Below are positions 25,971 to 38,606 of a stretch of 60,000 bases of DNA, in pieces. The stretch covers positions 3,040,001 to 3,100,000 of the forward strand of contig CM119371.1 in assembly GCA_051294905.1 (NCBI GenBank), read 5' to 3'. The notes below the pieces were generated by a model. That model saw only the letters and a program-made list of their open reading frames with translations. It ran no database searches and was not told where the DNA came from. The position numbers were made by a program, and so were the translations under genes. Positions within the stretch are counted from its first letter, which is position 1. Every line of letters starts with the position of its first letter. The stretch is from Botryllus schlosseri. Its lineage: Eukaryota.

Positions 25971-26362
25971 CTGAATAGAAGATGTCGAAAACGTTACAAG
26001 AATGTATTCAAATACATGAATAGAAGCCGTAAAGCAAAGTCGTAATGCACATAATGGCTATACAGATAATGTGGGAGATGAAGAAATAGAGATGGAAGAG
26101 AGAGGGGTTCTTAAACTGGAAAGCTTGGATATCTTGGGGGTGCACAGACTACTTAGTTTACGGGTTCTTGAAATGCGAATGTTTGAACTAAAACACCGTA
26201 AACACGCAGTCCGACCCTATTTCCTGGTATAGTCGAGATTTTTTACCGAAATTGATGCTACTCAAGTATAGTTGGCGACATTGACAAAATAGCTACAGCC
26301 AGCCTCTTAACGAATCTATCAATATACACTGTCACTTCAGAACTACAGTTCATGGTATCGAT

Positions 26363-28535
26363 CAGTGTTGGGATCAAGCCACTACCTTCGAGCCACGAGT
26401 CATTGCACATTTTGACTCGAGTCAAGTCAAGTCACTCGATTTTTGGAGGTGACTCGAGTCAAGTAGAGTCAAGTCAAGTTGCCTTTTCGAAGTATGAGGC
26501 ATGCTTACGCCATTGCATTTTACTGGCTGTCTGAAATACAGATTGAGTGGTCACTGATTCGGAACTGATGAAAGAATATGAAGTTGAATATACACGCAAC
26601 AGGGCGCTGTATAGCTCACGTATAGCTAGAAATGCTAAACTACGAAAGTAATTGCATAGTCTCAGTTTATAGTTACCAGGTAAAATAGAGAATAGAGAAA
26701 CGAATTGATAAGATGCAATACATTACCCATTTACAAATCGATATGATACAATTCAAGCCTACGCCAATGGTTGAGGACTTTACAAACCATATTTCAATAA
26801 AAAAATAGGTTTGGTTCAAGTAATAACAGAGAACAGTAATACCGTGAACCGGGGTAACTTTGGACTTAAGGGTAACTTTGGACACTAAGCAGTAAAAGAT
26901 TTAAATGGCTATTGATGGAAAAGGGTTGCCGCTGGATGTCCAATTCTTTTTCATGTGGCAACAGTACCACAAGTAGTCTCAATAGAAGGTGGATTCATTT
27001 CACTAGCAGATAAACTTGACCCAATATTGATAAATTAATGGCGGGGGTCAATTTGATCAAAATTAAAGGCCATTAAACTTCTTACAACCCAACATAGATA
27101 GCATGTGATTCATAGATTGAAAACTTGGCACCAGATACCTATACGCAGTCTTAATCCATGGCAAAAATCTCACTGGGCTCACCCTTAGATCAATACACGA
27201 AAATGTGATGTCCAAAGTTACCCCGTCAAATTTTAACAGAACGGGGTAACTTTGGACAGTGGAAAATGTGATATTTAGAGCTCTGGAAAGTGGCTGCTTC
27301 ATCTGTGTCAAAGTGTATGGTCAACAATATTCCTTATTACCGGCCTGATGGCTTTTTAAAATGGAATGAGAAGGTTAATAAATTAGAGTTTGCCAAAATA
27401 TGAAAAAATAGGTAGGCAATGAGCTGAGAGATTGTAATCGGGTGTAAGCTACTTCAAAAACTTATCACATACTCCTAAAGATGCGCCTGCTGAATATGAG
27501 ATATCGTAAATTACCACAAATATATCCATCAGAGGAGATAAGAAAGGGAAAGTGTATCTTTTAAAGAACAGTAATATATTTGAAATCGGCAATAAATCAC
27601 GTTAACATGTTTAACGTTCACTGTCAATTGCTGACACTGCCAGTGGGATATCCCTTATCACCATACGTTATTTATAAGTCCCAAATGGTGAAGGCATGAG
27701 GGGAAATTGAGATAAGAGATGAATAAAGGCCTATTAGCTTTCATAAACTACCTATTTATTTATTTATTTTTTATTTTTTTGGGGGGGATTAGGTAAAAAT
27801 CATGCAATTGGCCAGACATATACTATTTTTTTTCAGTTTTAGCCACTGCTCTCATCAACTCTTACCAAATAAGCCTCATTTACGAGGTTTCATAAACAAT
27901 TGAGTGTAAAGGCATACAAGAAAACTACATTGTCCAAAGTTACCCCATATGCAGGGATAACTTTGGACACGGATAATTTACAAAAATAAGGTACTTATTT
28001 TTGACCATGAAGATTTTGGATTAGATAATTCTAATCTATGCTCCATGACCCATAAAAAACACAAAACTTGCCTCCCCTACACCCCAGCATTTCCGAGATA
28101 CAAAGCGGAATTGTTGAAAATTGTCCAAAGTTACCCCGGTTTACGGTATACATTTTGTTATTGAATTTCTTTACTATACTAGTTCATGGCAGCGTAGGCT
28201 TCGATCACTTCGTTAGCGGTCAATTTATTTGTGAGAGAACAATGGAGGCTCCGTAAAACGTTATCATTGAATGATTGGTCGCTCTCACGGGTTACATCAG
28301 CGTTTTGCGAACAATCCAGTTGCAAGATTTTTACCGACATCGATTGCTTGATGACTTGATTTTTACCGACATCGATTGCTTGATGACTTGAAATTGACTC
28401 GTGAATTTTGCTTCGAGTCACGAGTCAATTCATATTTCTTATACACCGAGTCTAGTCAAGTCAAGTCATTTTGACAAAGTGACTCGAGTCAAGTCAAGTC
28501 ATACGAAAAAGGTGACTCGAGTCATCCCAACACTG
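26363..28535. mobile_element. hAT-type non-autonomous element (cagtgttggga...tcccaacactg) carrying a nested element
   Basis: TSD gtatcgat/gtatctat; gactcgagtc subterminal arrays; relatives at 42697-44024 and ~57460-58303. Confidence 0.85.
26842..28146. mobile_element. Tc1/mariner (pogo-like) non-autonomous element
   Basis: TIRs ccgt(g/a)aaccggggtaactttggac, TA TSD, internal repeats of gggtaactttggaca; a deleted, rearranged relative lies at ~39865-40411. Confidence 0.85.
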
Positions 28536-29073
28536 GTATCTATACAGGGACTGTAAAACTAACATCAGGATGACAAAGGAAAATCAATCGAGAAGTGAAT
28601 CACAAATCATCTGCAATAGAGGAAACCGATTTTTCATTGTCACAGGATTATTTTATTTACCGGTATATCATTGATGCAATCCTCGACTACGATTTGGTTA
28701 CAGTACCGAATTTCGACAAATCTTCAGTTGACATGATCCTTGAATCTTAAGTGTAAATCAAGAATAGTATTAGAGTTTAAAATTCTGTTTGATATGCTAT
28801 TTACCGACCATCTTTATTCTGGTATATATATTATACCATAATTATTGGCTAGACATGTTATGGATGGGGCTGGGCAGTGGGCACAATTATTTGTGTAGGC
28901 TACTATGATCTGAATGAAGTAATAACTGCAGTCGAGAGGCGAAATATGAGATAATTTTCATGTAATGAAATTGTGCACCCCTCCAACTAAAGAGTTATGT
29001 TATCAATTTTTTCAAACCTCGATTGGTCGTATTGCAGCATACTAATAATGTAATACGAAGATGCACATGTTAG

Positions 29074-29597
29074 CAGGGTTGTGACCAAGTCACGAAGCTC
29101 CGAGTCACGAGTCAATCCCACGAGTTAAGTCGAGTCATTTTCAATTCACCACCGAGTCAAGTATTACTCCAAGTTATCGAGCGGAGGTTCGAGTCCGAGT
29201 CGTGCTATTATGACTCGAGTCCAAGTCCGAGTCATTGTGTTGACTGCTCATTTTCCAGTTAAAGTCTCGTTAAACCAACTTTTATAACTCTGTTTGATGA
29301 TATCGAATCGTTCGCATTTATAAAATATTAATTTTCTTCACTTTTAACAGTTTCTAGTCGTATTTTGAAGTACCAGTACCAATGGACGAAATCCCAATAG
29401 GGTGGTCACTTTACTGTTCTTCGAAATTACAATAAAATGTCAGTCTTGGCCGTCTGAGCCTCGAGTCATACGACTTGGTTCGAGTCAATACACAGATTGA
29501 CTCGAGTCAAGTTGAGACATTTCCGTATTTTTAGAAAGTGACTCGAGTCAAGTCAAGTCATCAAAAAATCGTGACTACTCGAGTCATTACAGCCCTG
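29074..29597. mobile_element. GACTCGAGTC-rich hAT-type MITE
   Basis: cagggttgt...acagccctg termini; perfect 8-bp TSD catgttag. Confidence 0.9.
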
Positions 29598-32061
29598 CAT
29601 GTTAGTCTCCAGCAATACCATTTCTGTCCGGATCCTAGAACAACCGTGCAGTGTTCTCATAAAGTCAAATTATGTGGTGTAGAACCGGCCTTACTTTTTT
29701 GTAGTCACATGAGAGGTAGCCTACATATTCAAACTTTTTGAGCTTCATTCGCACTTTTTTTTGAAAATAAATTTCATCCGCACAAGCCAATCGAAAATTG
29801 CTATACAGAAAGAAGATGAAGATACATAAGGACATTCTGTTAAGATGTGCAACAAATTGGCTACTATACTTTTCAGGCCATGAAGTGTCTCATTAAAAAG
29901 GCAACTCTTTTCCCTTGTTTTGATTTCAACTATTTCACTAATAATACGATTTTCAGTCAAACAAGTTGTTGGATATTGTACAATTACGCATACCGTAGTG
30001 CTTGGATGGCCAGGTCTAAAGAACTGTTCTGCACTCCTATCCAAAATACAGCGTATTTTCTGCGAGTGAAAAACGCTTGCTGGCAGAAATCGTTTTTGAG
30101 AGATGATACAAAGGTACCGGAAGCTCCAGTTTGTCGAAAGGGTGAAAAATCCACATGTTTGTGTTGAGGCTTGTGCCTGATGTCCTGGGAAATAAAGTCC
30201 AATACCATCAAGCACATAAGAGCTCGCTACCTTATGATACGTTGCTCCAACTTGAGTTCTGTTTTTTGTTTTTGAGTAGGGCCTATATGAGAAGAGCAAA
30301 TAAAGTCAGGATGCCGTTTGTTCAGCTCTTTAGCTCAGTCTTACTTGAAAATTCATAACAGTTTAATAACCTTAAAGCAGCATTTTGGACTACCACCAAA
30401 ATCTGAATTTATGTGGCATCTCGCGAGCCGAACCTCACCCATGAAAAGGAAGTCATTTTTATTATTACACTAGTATGCTACAATTTTACGGACACATGGA
30501 ATACAGAACGCGCACACCACAATTCTATCCAACCCAGCTCTATAAAATATGTCTGACGCACGCAATTTCAAATTTGGGTGAAGTGAATTCCTATGCGTGT
30601 GGCATTTGTTCTTCTGTCTACTCAGATAGCAAGAACGGGACTATTCCGTATCGTCAACGGAGCATTTTCATATTGAAAGGTTTGGTCATCCGACGTCAGT
30701 CAATTTTGGCCAAGATTTTGTCGCCGCTGATGTTTTCGGCCCCGTATTTTATCAGCGGCACCGCATTTTATCAGCGGTGTGTTAGCCAAAACGCAGGAGG
30801 GGTTGGTATCGAAATGAATGAGTCTCATAGGCCTGAACTCGCTCGTTGCACACGCCTACACTAGTTCATCCCAACGGTCTTCGTCCATGTTTTCCAGAAA
30901 AAACATTCGGTCAAACCAAATGTCGGCTGATTCTCATGATCCGCCCATAAATTATACGTGTCTCGCTTATTAACTACAGTACCCAACACAATGACCTTGG
31001 ATATGTAAAAATTATCGCAGGATTTTTTGCAGTAAATTCAACAAATTTTACATAAAATTAACAGATAGCTTTTGTACCGCGGCGACCTGAAATTATACTC
31101 ATGCGGTCCATACTTTAATAACCCTTGAAGGGGTAAAACTTGCGTTACATTAACTTGCAAATGTGAGTCTGTAATGATGGTATTTACTACCATCTTCGGG
31201 CCTCACGCTGATGGAACATTTATTACGAAAATGATGATTGTTTAACGAAAGAAAGCAGAAAATCAATTTGACGTCATTTTTCCAGCCTGTCGCTGGCTTA
31301 GACGAGCTGATACACTGTATGTCTGTAACTACACCAACTTCCAAACCTGGCTTTTGATTACGTAATAATGATAGTGCGAAAACATCAATTCACTACGGCT
31401 TGTAACAGCTACGATTAGTGGTGCGTCAAGGTAAACATTTATTTACAATTGCGCCTCAACTACAACAGTCACACTGCCCTTGAATTTCCTATTAGCTCAA
31501 TTCGAATTTTTCCACGTCAGAAAAATGAATAATTGTTTACGATTTTCATTCGCACCACCTTCGTCATTCGCTCTGCAATTTTTTTCATTCGCACCAGTGC
31601 AAACCGTCACACAGGTTGAAAAGCACTGCCATAGCCAAATACTTGATTCAGAAGAGAATCACTCGGGTACTGGATTTTTCCCGGATGTAAGCCTAGTAAT
31701 TATGAGCAAACCTTTTTCCTGCATCATCTCGCCTCCAGCATCATCGTCCATCGGTAATTCCATCTCAAGTCAACCACACAGTGACCCACTAGGTCTCAGA
31801 TGTTCATGTCATTTTAGGAATGAATCTGGTATGTAGCACTCCGTATAGAAACACAATATTTTTACAAATCAATACCAAGAAATTATTACATATTCAAAAT
31901 GAACATTCAGTGTTCACCCAACCATGGACGTTTATTCACTTTTACATTATCTGTTCAGTAATGATCATAAGACAGAGTATTAATGTAGTAAAGAGGGGAC
32001 GATTGTGTGAAGCAAAATTGATTAATGCCATCATGCAGATATAAATTACACTAGTCAACAC

Positions 32062-32574
32062 TAAAGCTGGGCAAAATCGAGTACCTGAGTGATTCGATTC
32101 TTAATCACGTATTAAGCATCGAGTCGAGTATTTGAGTATCACTCGTTATGACGTCACAACAGAATGTAATATGTCAAAGTTCAAAAATATACCTTTTATG
32201 CCATCACAATGAACATATTGCCTGTTATCCGTCACATTAAAGATACTTCGGTATATTTTCGAACATACCGATTTCATTGCACTTTGTGACAATGTTATGG
32301 GATGATCATGATAATTCGGAAATGTGTTATTTCCAGTAACGTTCGTAGCTTTGTACTATGTCTCGTATGCTGCAACACGGCCAATCAAGGTTTCAAGGCT
32401 TCCTCAATGGGATATGTTATCAAAACTACAATTCTCGTTAGTAGATGAACTTCCCGTTGCAAGGAGTGTGTAATTTCAGTACTTGAAAAATATAGTCTTT
32501 TACTACTTAACTCGAATCATAAGAATTAATGCTCCATTCAGATTCGAGTACTCGAATCGTTGTGAACAGCCCTA
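32062..32574. mobile_element. hAT-type MITE
   Basis: Perfect TSD gtcaacac; homologous to 23959-24452. Confidence 0.85.
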
Positions 32575-34209
32575 GTCAACACAATTTTTGTTGACTTTGG
32601 TCAGAAAATTAATTTTGACTAACTTTTGGGCGATGAATTCAAATATGACTGCCGTCTTCTCTATCACGTCAAGTTTTTGGGTTAGGCACCCACCACATTG
32701 TCACATAATCCACTTGATAGCACGACTTTTCATAAACATTTGCACTGCTTTATTTGATTGATTTGAACAGGTATCTACAAGACAAATAAAGTGTGAGTTT
32801 CACGGTCCAAATTTACGCTAATAACCCATAATTCTGTAGGTTGTATAGTTTGATAATCTAGCAATAGTCAGCTAACATATGTAAGCTCCAATCTACTCTA
32901 GTATCTTACCCCCATTATATTCAAGTGTTGGGTGACATTTTCTCCTTGCCCATCTCTGACTACGTCAAGGTTTTCAGGAAATATATTTATATATTTCATC
33001 TTTTTTCAATGTCTGCTGTCCGACATAAACATATGGCAGTGGAACATGTTTATCAGGGCTACACGTGCATCCGTATTGTCTGACCACCCAATATTAAAGC
33101 TGATACATCGTGCTGATCGTGCTCGTGATATTGCAACAATTTAATGTCTCTATATTATTCACGAAGAATAACTGAGTGTGCAATTGTTACTGCACCTAAG
33201 ACATTGCCATTTTGGAGAATGCCACATTTTGGGATCTTTTTTGAGCTACCGATAGGCATTTGCCATTCACTTGAGTTGTGAATCTGGATTCCCAACACCT
33301 CCAGTAATCCATGGTAACAGTATCATGTCAATAAAATCATGTATCATGTCATAAAAAAATCTGTTGCAACATAGAATCCTTAGGAAATAAGTTAGAAGCC
33401 TGAATTAGTCCAATAATATCTTAGAAACTAGAATATGGAACAAGATTTTTAGCCGAATCACCACATTTCATGACCTGAAATATGGCCGGTTTGCATGACT
33501 TTGCGAGTATAAGTGCAGTGGCCTATTATAGAAAAATTAATTTCCTGGGGATTTCATATTACTTCAGCTTTCATAGGATTCCGTAGGCAGAAATTTCCAT
33601 GCAGACAGAAATGAAGGCGAAACTCAAGGAATATTGTCACACGTGATTGATTTCCGTATGCTTTATTTCAAGCTACACTCAGAGCCCAGTATCAGAAATC
33701 ATTAGGAATTGTGGCTGAATTATGTGACAGAATAAATCAATGTATCTATCTCAACAAAGTGAATAGCATTCTAAGGTCAAAGTACGGTAGCTCATTTACA
33801 GAAAATTTCTAATCTGCTTCGAAACAGGCCTTCAATTGCACGGTCGAATGAGCATAAGAAGCTTGGTTGCGATACCTTGAAAACTAATTATGAAACTCAT
33901 TGAAACTAAATAGCTATTTACTCAGATATATATCCTCCACAATGTTTTGAGACAAATTCCACCAAAATATGAAACTTGATGGAAATGAAATCTAATTTTG
34001 GTTGATTTGACATGTAATTACAAATAAAATTAGCCTACTTAATGACACAAGTTATCCAGTAAGCTGACTTGATTTCGGCTAAAGGTTGAAATTAATCAGA
34101 TTTGCAGGATCATTTTACACTGAGAAACTATATCCTTGGGCGAGCCAGAAGAGTTCTATACTCCATAGAAAGTCGTAAATGCTACATCATAGTAGTTGCA
34201 AGGAGATTA

Positions 34210-34797
34210 TTAATTGAATAAAAACATCTCAATATTATTTATATTATTATCAATTATCATGCCACATCTTACAATTTCAAAAGTTCTCACACTGCGAATA
34301 ACAACACCATACCTTTTGTCCCACACTGATCTCGGTATAAACGCTAAAAGAATGGGCAAATTGGGCATTGCAATTGGGAGTTGATAAACTCTGTTTCTAT
34401 CGATATTATAAGAAAGCTGCAATATTGCATTTGACCACAGAAGAAGCGTCAAAACGGTACGCAAATAAAGCACTGCTCTAGTAATTGTAGGTGTAGATTT
34501 CGGCAACCAAAATGTAGATCGAGCTATACCTATATTCTTTTTCGTTATTTCTAGAAGTATCAGTGATTCTGCCTGACCTCTATGATATATTGACAAGATC
34601 GCAATCGTCTACAGGATGTCTGGATCCTCACGATTGCACTAGAATAGATATCAGAAGTCTAGATCCTCACTAGATCAGCTGATTTCACTCACTGTTTTGA
34701 TACAGAGCCATTGATGCACGTGAGGCATTAGCGCCATCACACGGAAAAAAAGACCAGCATCAGATCGAGAGCACTCATGCAGATCGATACTATATTA
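34210..34797 (-). pseudogene. NLR-like C-terminal remnant 4 (HD2 / pre-LRR region)
   Basis: 34670-34797 is homologous to 5495-5620 and 44335-44590. ORF 34210-34596 reads ILSIYHRGQAESLI...TPTITRAVLY, resembling NLR CLxExQ and TPxDCxALxY motifs. Confidence 0.35.
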
Positions 34798-34935
34798 AGG
34801 GCGGAGATAATAAAGTCGATTAGCGTGTTCTTCAGGATTTATCAATCCAGGATTAGGGAAAGCGGTTGATCGCATCGTATAAAGTTAGTCGTAATCTCAT
34901 GATTTAACGAACCGGAACAAACTATAGACTGACAG

Positions 34936-35687
34936 CATAGTGTCCTATATGGTGTCGACAGAGGCAAATCTCACGCCTCAGTGAAATTGTTAGACGTCAC
35001 AATTTCCATTTGGCTGCAGGCAATTTGACGGTCATTTTTGACCGGCTTGCCGAGCATTAAATTTGGTAAAACGGGTATCAATCGAAAACTGACTCTGCAC
35101 TGATTACGACAATATAAATTTTATTCCGCTCGTGGCCCTGGAACTCCCACAATCAGCCTCGAATTTTCATTGTTATCGAGATTGGCATTGGGACGCAACA
35201 ATGCTGTCTGACGAAACGAGAGAGTAGCTCAAGAGAAAAGGGGCCATACAGCATTGTTCAGCATTGATTGGAATCTCGGTACGTTTTGCCTGATATATCA
35301 GGGGAGCATTGAAGATTCCTCTGTGAGCACAGGCGATTTTGGTGTGAGACAATCTCGTTACCTGTGAGACACTGACGATTTTGCTGTGAGACTATCTCGA
35401 CACAGGTGATTCTGCTGTGAGACAATCTCGTTCCCTGTGAGACACCGAGGATTTTCCTGCGAGAAAATCACAATTGCCAATAAGAAATACATAGGCCACC
35501 CGCACAATAGTGATTTACTCGCAGGAAAATCCTCCCTATCACTTTTTGTCGAGAGTGATCTTCAAGAAAAACTATAGAGAGAATAGCTTGGGTAAGACAA
35601 GCAGTGAGCAAGAGCCTCCCTGTCAGGTGAGCACAGAGCGCCAATTCATGAGGTGTGAGCAGTGTTGACACCATATAGGACACCATG
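34936..35687. mobile_element. P-element-like non-autonomous element, same family as 3173-3801
   Basis: catagtgtcctatatggtgtc...gacaccatataggacaccatg termini; 7-bp TSD ctgacag/cttacag; internal tandem gtgagac repeats. Confidence 0.85.
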
Positions 35688-35944
35688 CTTACAGCGATAG
35701 GCGCGTGGCAGTTTCCAATCATTGTATATATCATTGGGTTAACCGATTGTTCTTAACAGAAAATTTAAAAAAAAATGTTATTTTATTTTATATAATAAAT
35801 AGAAACTTTCCTCTCCTATAGCCCAGCAATGCGACTACTGTTTGGAATTGAACCGAATTTGGTGTGTAGGCTTAAATTAGATAGCCTAACAATTTTATCA
35901 AGTAGCCATCACGATTTGGGAAAAAATCATTTTTGAACACCCCT

Positions 35945-36110
35945 AATGTTAGGTAATCTTGAAGGCTGACTAGCATTTATTAAAGAGAAATTGCTCGTAT
36001 TTCGACTTAAATGCAGACATGCTCGACGACTGTCGGAGAGCCGGCGAGATGCTGTTCCACAAGTGGGGACCGGCATACTTGATAGAGCAATGCATTTTCT
36101 TGCTTCGACG
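35945..36110 (-). mobile_element. CR1/L2-type LINE ORF2 C-terminal fragment
   Basis: HCSIKYAGPHLWNSISPALRQSSSMSAFKSKYEQFLFNKC*. Confidence 0.75.
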
Positions 36111-36979
36111 ACTCCCCCACGGATGAATACGCATAATCGAAATAGGCATTTCGTCGTCGGCCGTTATTATGCCGCGATGCACGAAGACATGTGAAGCGCC
36201 GGTCAATATGGGACTCCGAGAAGTGTGTCATAAAGATCGTCAGCGGGAAAAAATCAGCCGAAGAGGATTGCCCTTATGCTGACCGTAAACTTCAATGCAT
36301 ATAAGTCTAATCGTCTGCAGGTGCTTAAATCGCTCGTGCCGAATTATCATGTCATCGCAATCTGCACCCCACGGGAGAAATAAGATCCATCAGAGAATTT
36401 TATTTGCCAGTGAAGAAATATCAATTTTGAATTGTGTGCTTACTTTGGTTTATTACCTTTATGCGTTTCATTATCTTGTGAATATATAGCGGACAAGAGG
36501 TAACAGAATAACAACATGTGATGAAATAATTGTACCAGTGGGCACGTCCGAATATGTTCAATTATTAATTACGTGACCTTTATTTTCCAATACAACAGCT
36601 CACTCAGCGCAACTGGTAAATCTGATTATGTGGGCTGAGAGGATAAAAAGTTTATAGCGACATATATATATGCATGCAATTACCACATATTCATTCATGC
36701 ATTATAGAAAATTTTGGCACCTAGGGCGTCTAGGCTACACAAACTTTGCTGACCATTGACGGGGTTCTTGGGGGACCAGGCGAAGCCCTCAGAAGTTCAG
36801 TTTACGACACTGTGGGTGTGCAAGACTATAGATTTTTTAGGGTACTGACGAATCGCTGTTACAGCCCTCCCTTTTAAACATTGTCTTTATTACAATCCTT
36901 ACAATATGAGGTGGGGGCGCTGGAGCACGATAAATTTGAAAGGGGGCGCTGGCGGAAAAAAAGGTTAAGAACCACTGAT

Positions 36980-38606
36980 CTATATCTTCACCAATGTTGA
37001 TGTATAAATTTCAAGACCTTGCTCAACTCTTGGTTCAACTGTAGTCCATTGGTCATTAGAGATATCATACTTTTCAATAACACGACATTCTTGTTGATCT
37101 GGTACTGCAAATATCCATTTGTCAATATGATGAGCAGAAATCCAACCATCACGACGATTCATAGATGACAATGAATTCCACTGAGCTGAAGTAATATTGT
37201 AACATTCGACGTTCGTTATGGCTTCTATTTCACCCGAACCACCGATCACATATATGTTTTGATCAACTGCAACAACACCACTACAATACACAGGATATCT
37301 CATTGGTTGGAGCTCGACCCACTCTGATGAAGCTGGAGTGAATCTGCAGAATGAAGAGAGTGAGACATGACCTTGTCCTCTACCTCCGATACAATAGATG
37401 GAATCATTCAGTGATACGAGACTTGCATCACAAATCGATGTAGGTTTGTTTCTCAGTTGAAACCATTGATTATAGGAGGGAGTAAATGTTTCTACATCAC
37501 TTGTAACTTTATAAGAACTTCCTCCTATAACAAATAATGATCTTGACAAAGAAACTGTGCGGGGAAACCATCCATGCTGACAAATCATATCATTCATCTT
37601 CTCCCATTTTGAGTTTTTGCTAATAAAGTTGAGTCGGTGAACAGACTTATTTCCACATAAAACATAAATGTAGGAGTCGAGGTAGATCGTTGAAAAATTC
37701 CGCAAATGCTTGAACTTTTCATCATGGAACTTGTCTCCTTTCTCAGTTACTGGATCAAAGGACTGGATGCAATCCTTATATCCATTAAAAAGAATTAGAG
37801 ATTTATCATTGCCAATCTCGTATTTCATTTTTTTTCATACTTTTTGCAGTTTTCAGATGATGACCATTGATTAGCTTATACAACCCAAAGTCGTTCCTGA
37901 TGGGTTTTGTTTCCAAAAGATGTTCCAAGAATGCTGGCCATATTTTGTCAAACTTAATTGCTTCGAAACATGCGCGCAAATGTTGCTCATTTTTCGGATT
38001 TATTTCGACCCATTTGAGCAATAACGTTATTTTTTCTTCTTCACATAATGTTGATTTTTCCGACCTCACAATATTTAGGATGTCATTTGTTCCGACATTT
38101 CCGAATTCCGGTTGTTTTGATATTTCCATGATATTTTCATGACAGAATACTCTGCATCGCGAAGAGACGGCATCCAGTCCATATATGTCAGCTATGGTTA
38201 TTGTTGAGAAGTAATTCTTGACAGTAACCGATTCCTCCAAAATGTTAGATATAGCCTGTTTCAGATCTTCTAACTGTAACATAATTGCGACATGAAGAAG
38301 ATCTTTCATCATTTCATCCGCAATCTCAAGTTTACCGCAATATATGAAATCGATGCAATTTTTCACACACTCAAAATCCACATCTTTGAAGATGACTTTT
38401 CCTTCGCGACTCTCCTTCGTGTCGTGCTTTAACATGGCTTTGAAATAATCCGAACCAGCAGACAATACATTTTTGTGGGTGTAATAGACATCACCTCCGA
38501 CTTGAACTATGAAATCACAATGATCATTTTCTTGCTTCATATGGTGCAGTTGTGCCATCATCTTCACTGCATGTTTCTCCATATCTGGACCCACAATATG
38601 TCCCAT
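36980..38606 (-). CDS. Intronless BTB-BACK-Kelch (kelch-like) protein, ~541 aa if the single frameshift at A8 (37828-37835) is corrected
   Basis: ORF 37806-38606 has BTB (CDFIVQVG..HKNVLSAGSDYFKAM..DFIYCGKL) and BACK. ORF 36980-37828 has Kelch repeats (LFVIGG, IYCIGG, IYVIGG, VECYN..W). The frames differ by one base. Confidence 0.93.

Larger units (their letters stand above)
28860..33320 (-). pseudogene. Degenerate NACHT/NLR-like remnant 3 (small exons ~33195-33310, ~32910-33058, ~31721-31826; large exon ~28860-30350)
   Basis: ORF 29745-30299 has YVLDGIG (Walker-B-like), KRFLPASV and ECPYVSSSSFCIAIFDWLV. After the MITE it reads FASRLQ, parallel to FASHLLQ in remnant 1. Upstream segments are flanked by splice-like sites and contain stops. 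Confidence 0.45.

Noticed and set aside
30475..30864. 129-aa plus-strand ORF
   Set aside because: No recognisable motifs or splice context; likely a chance ORF.
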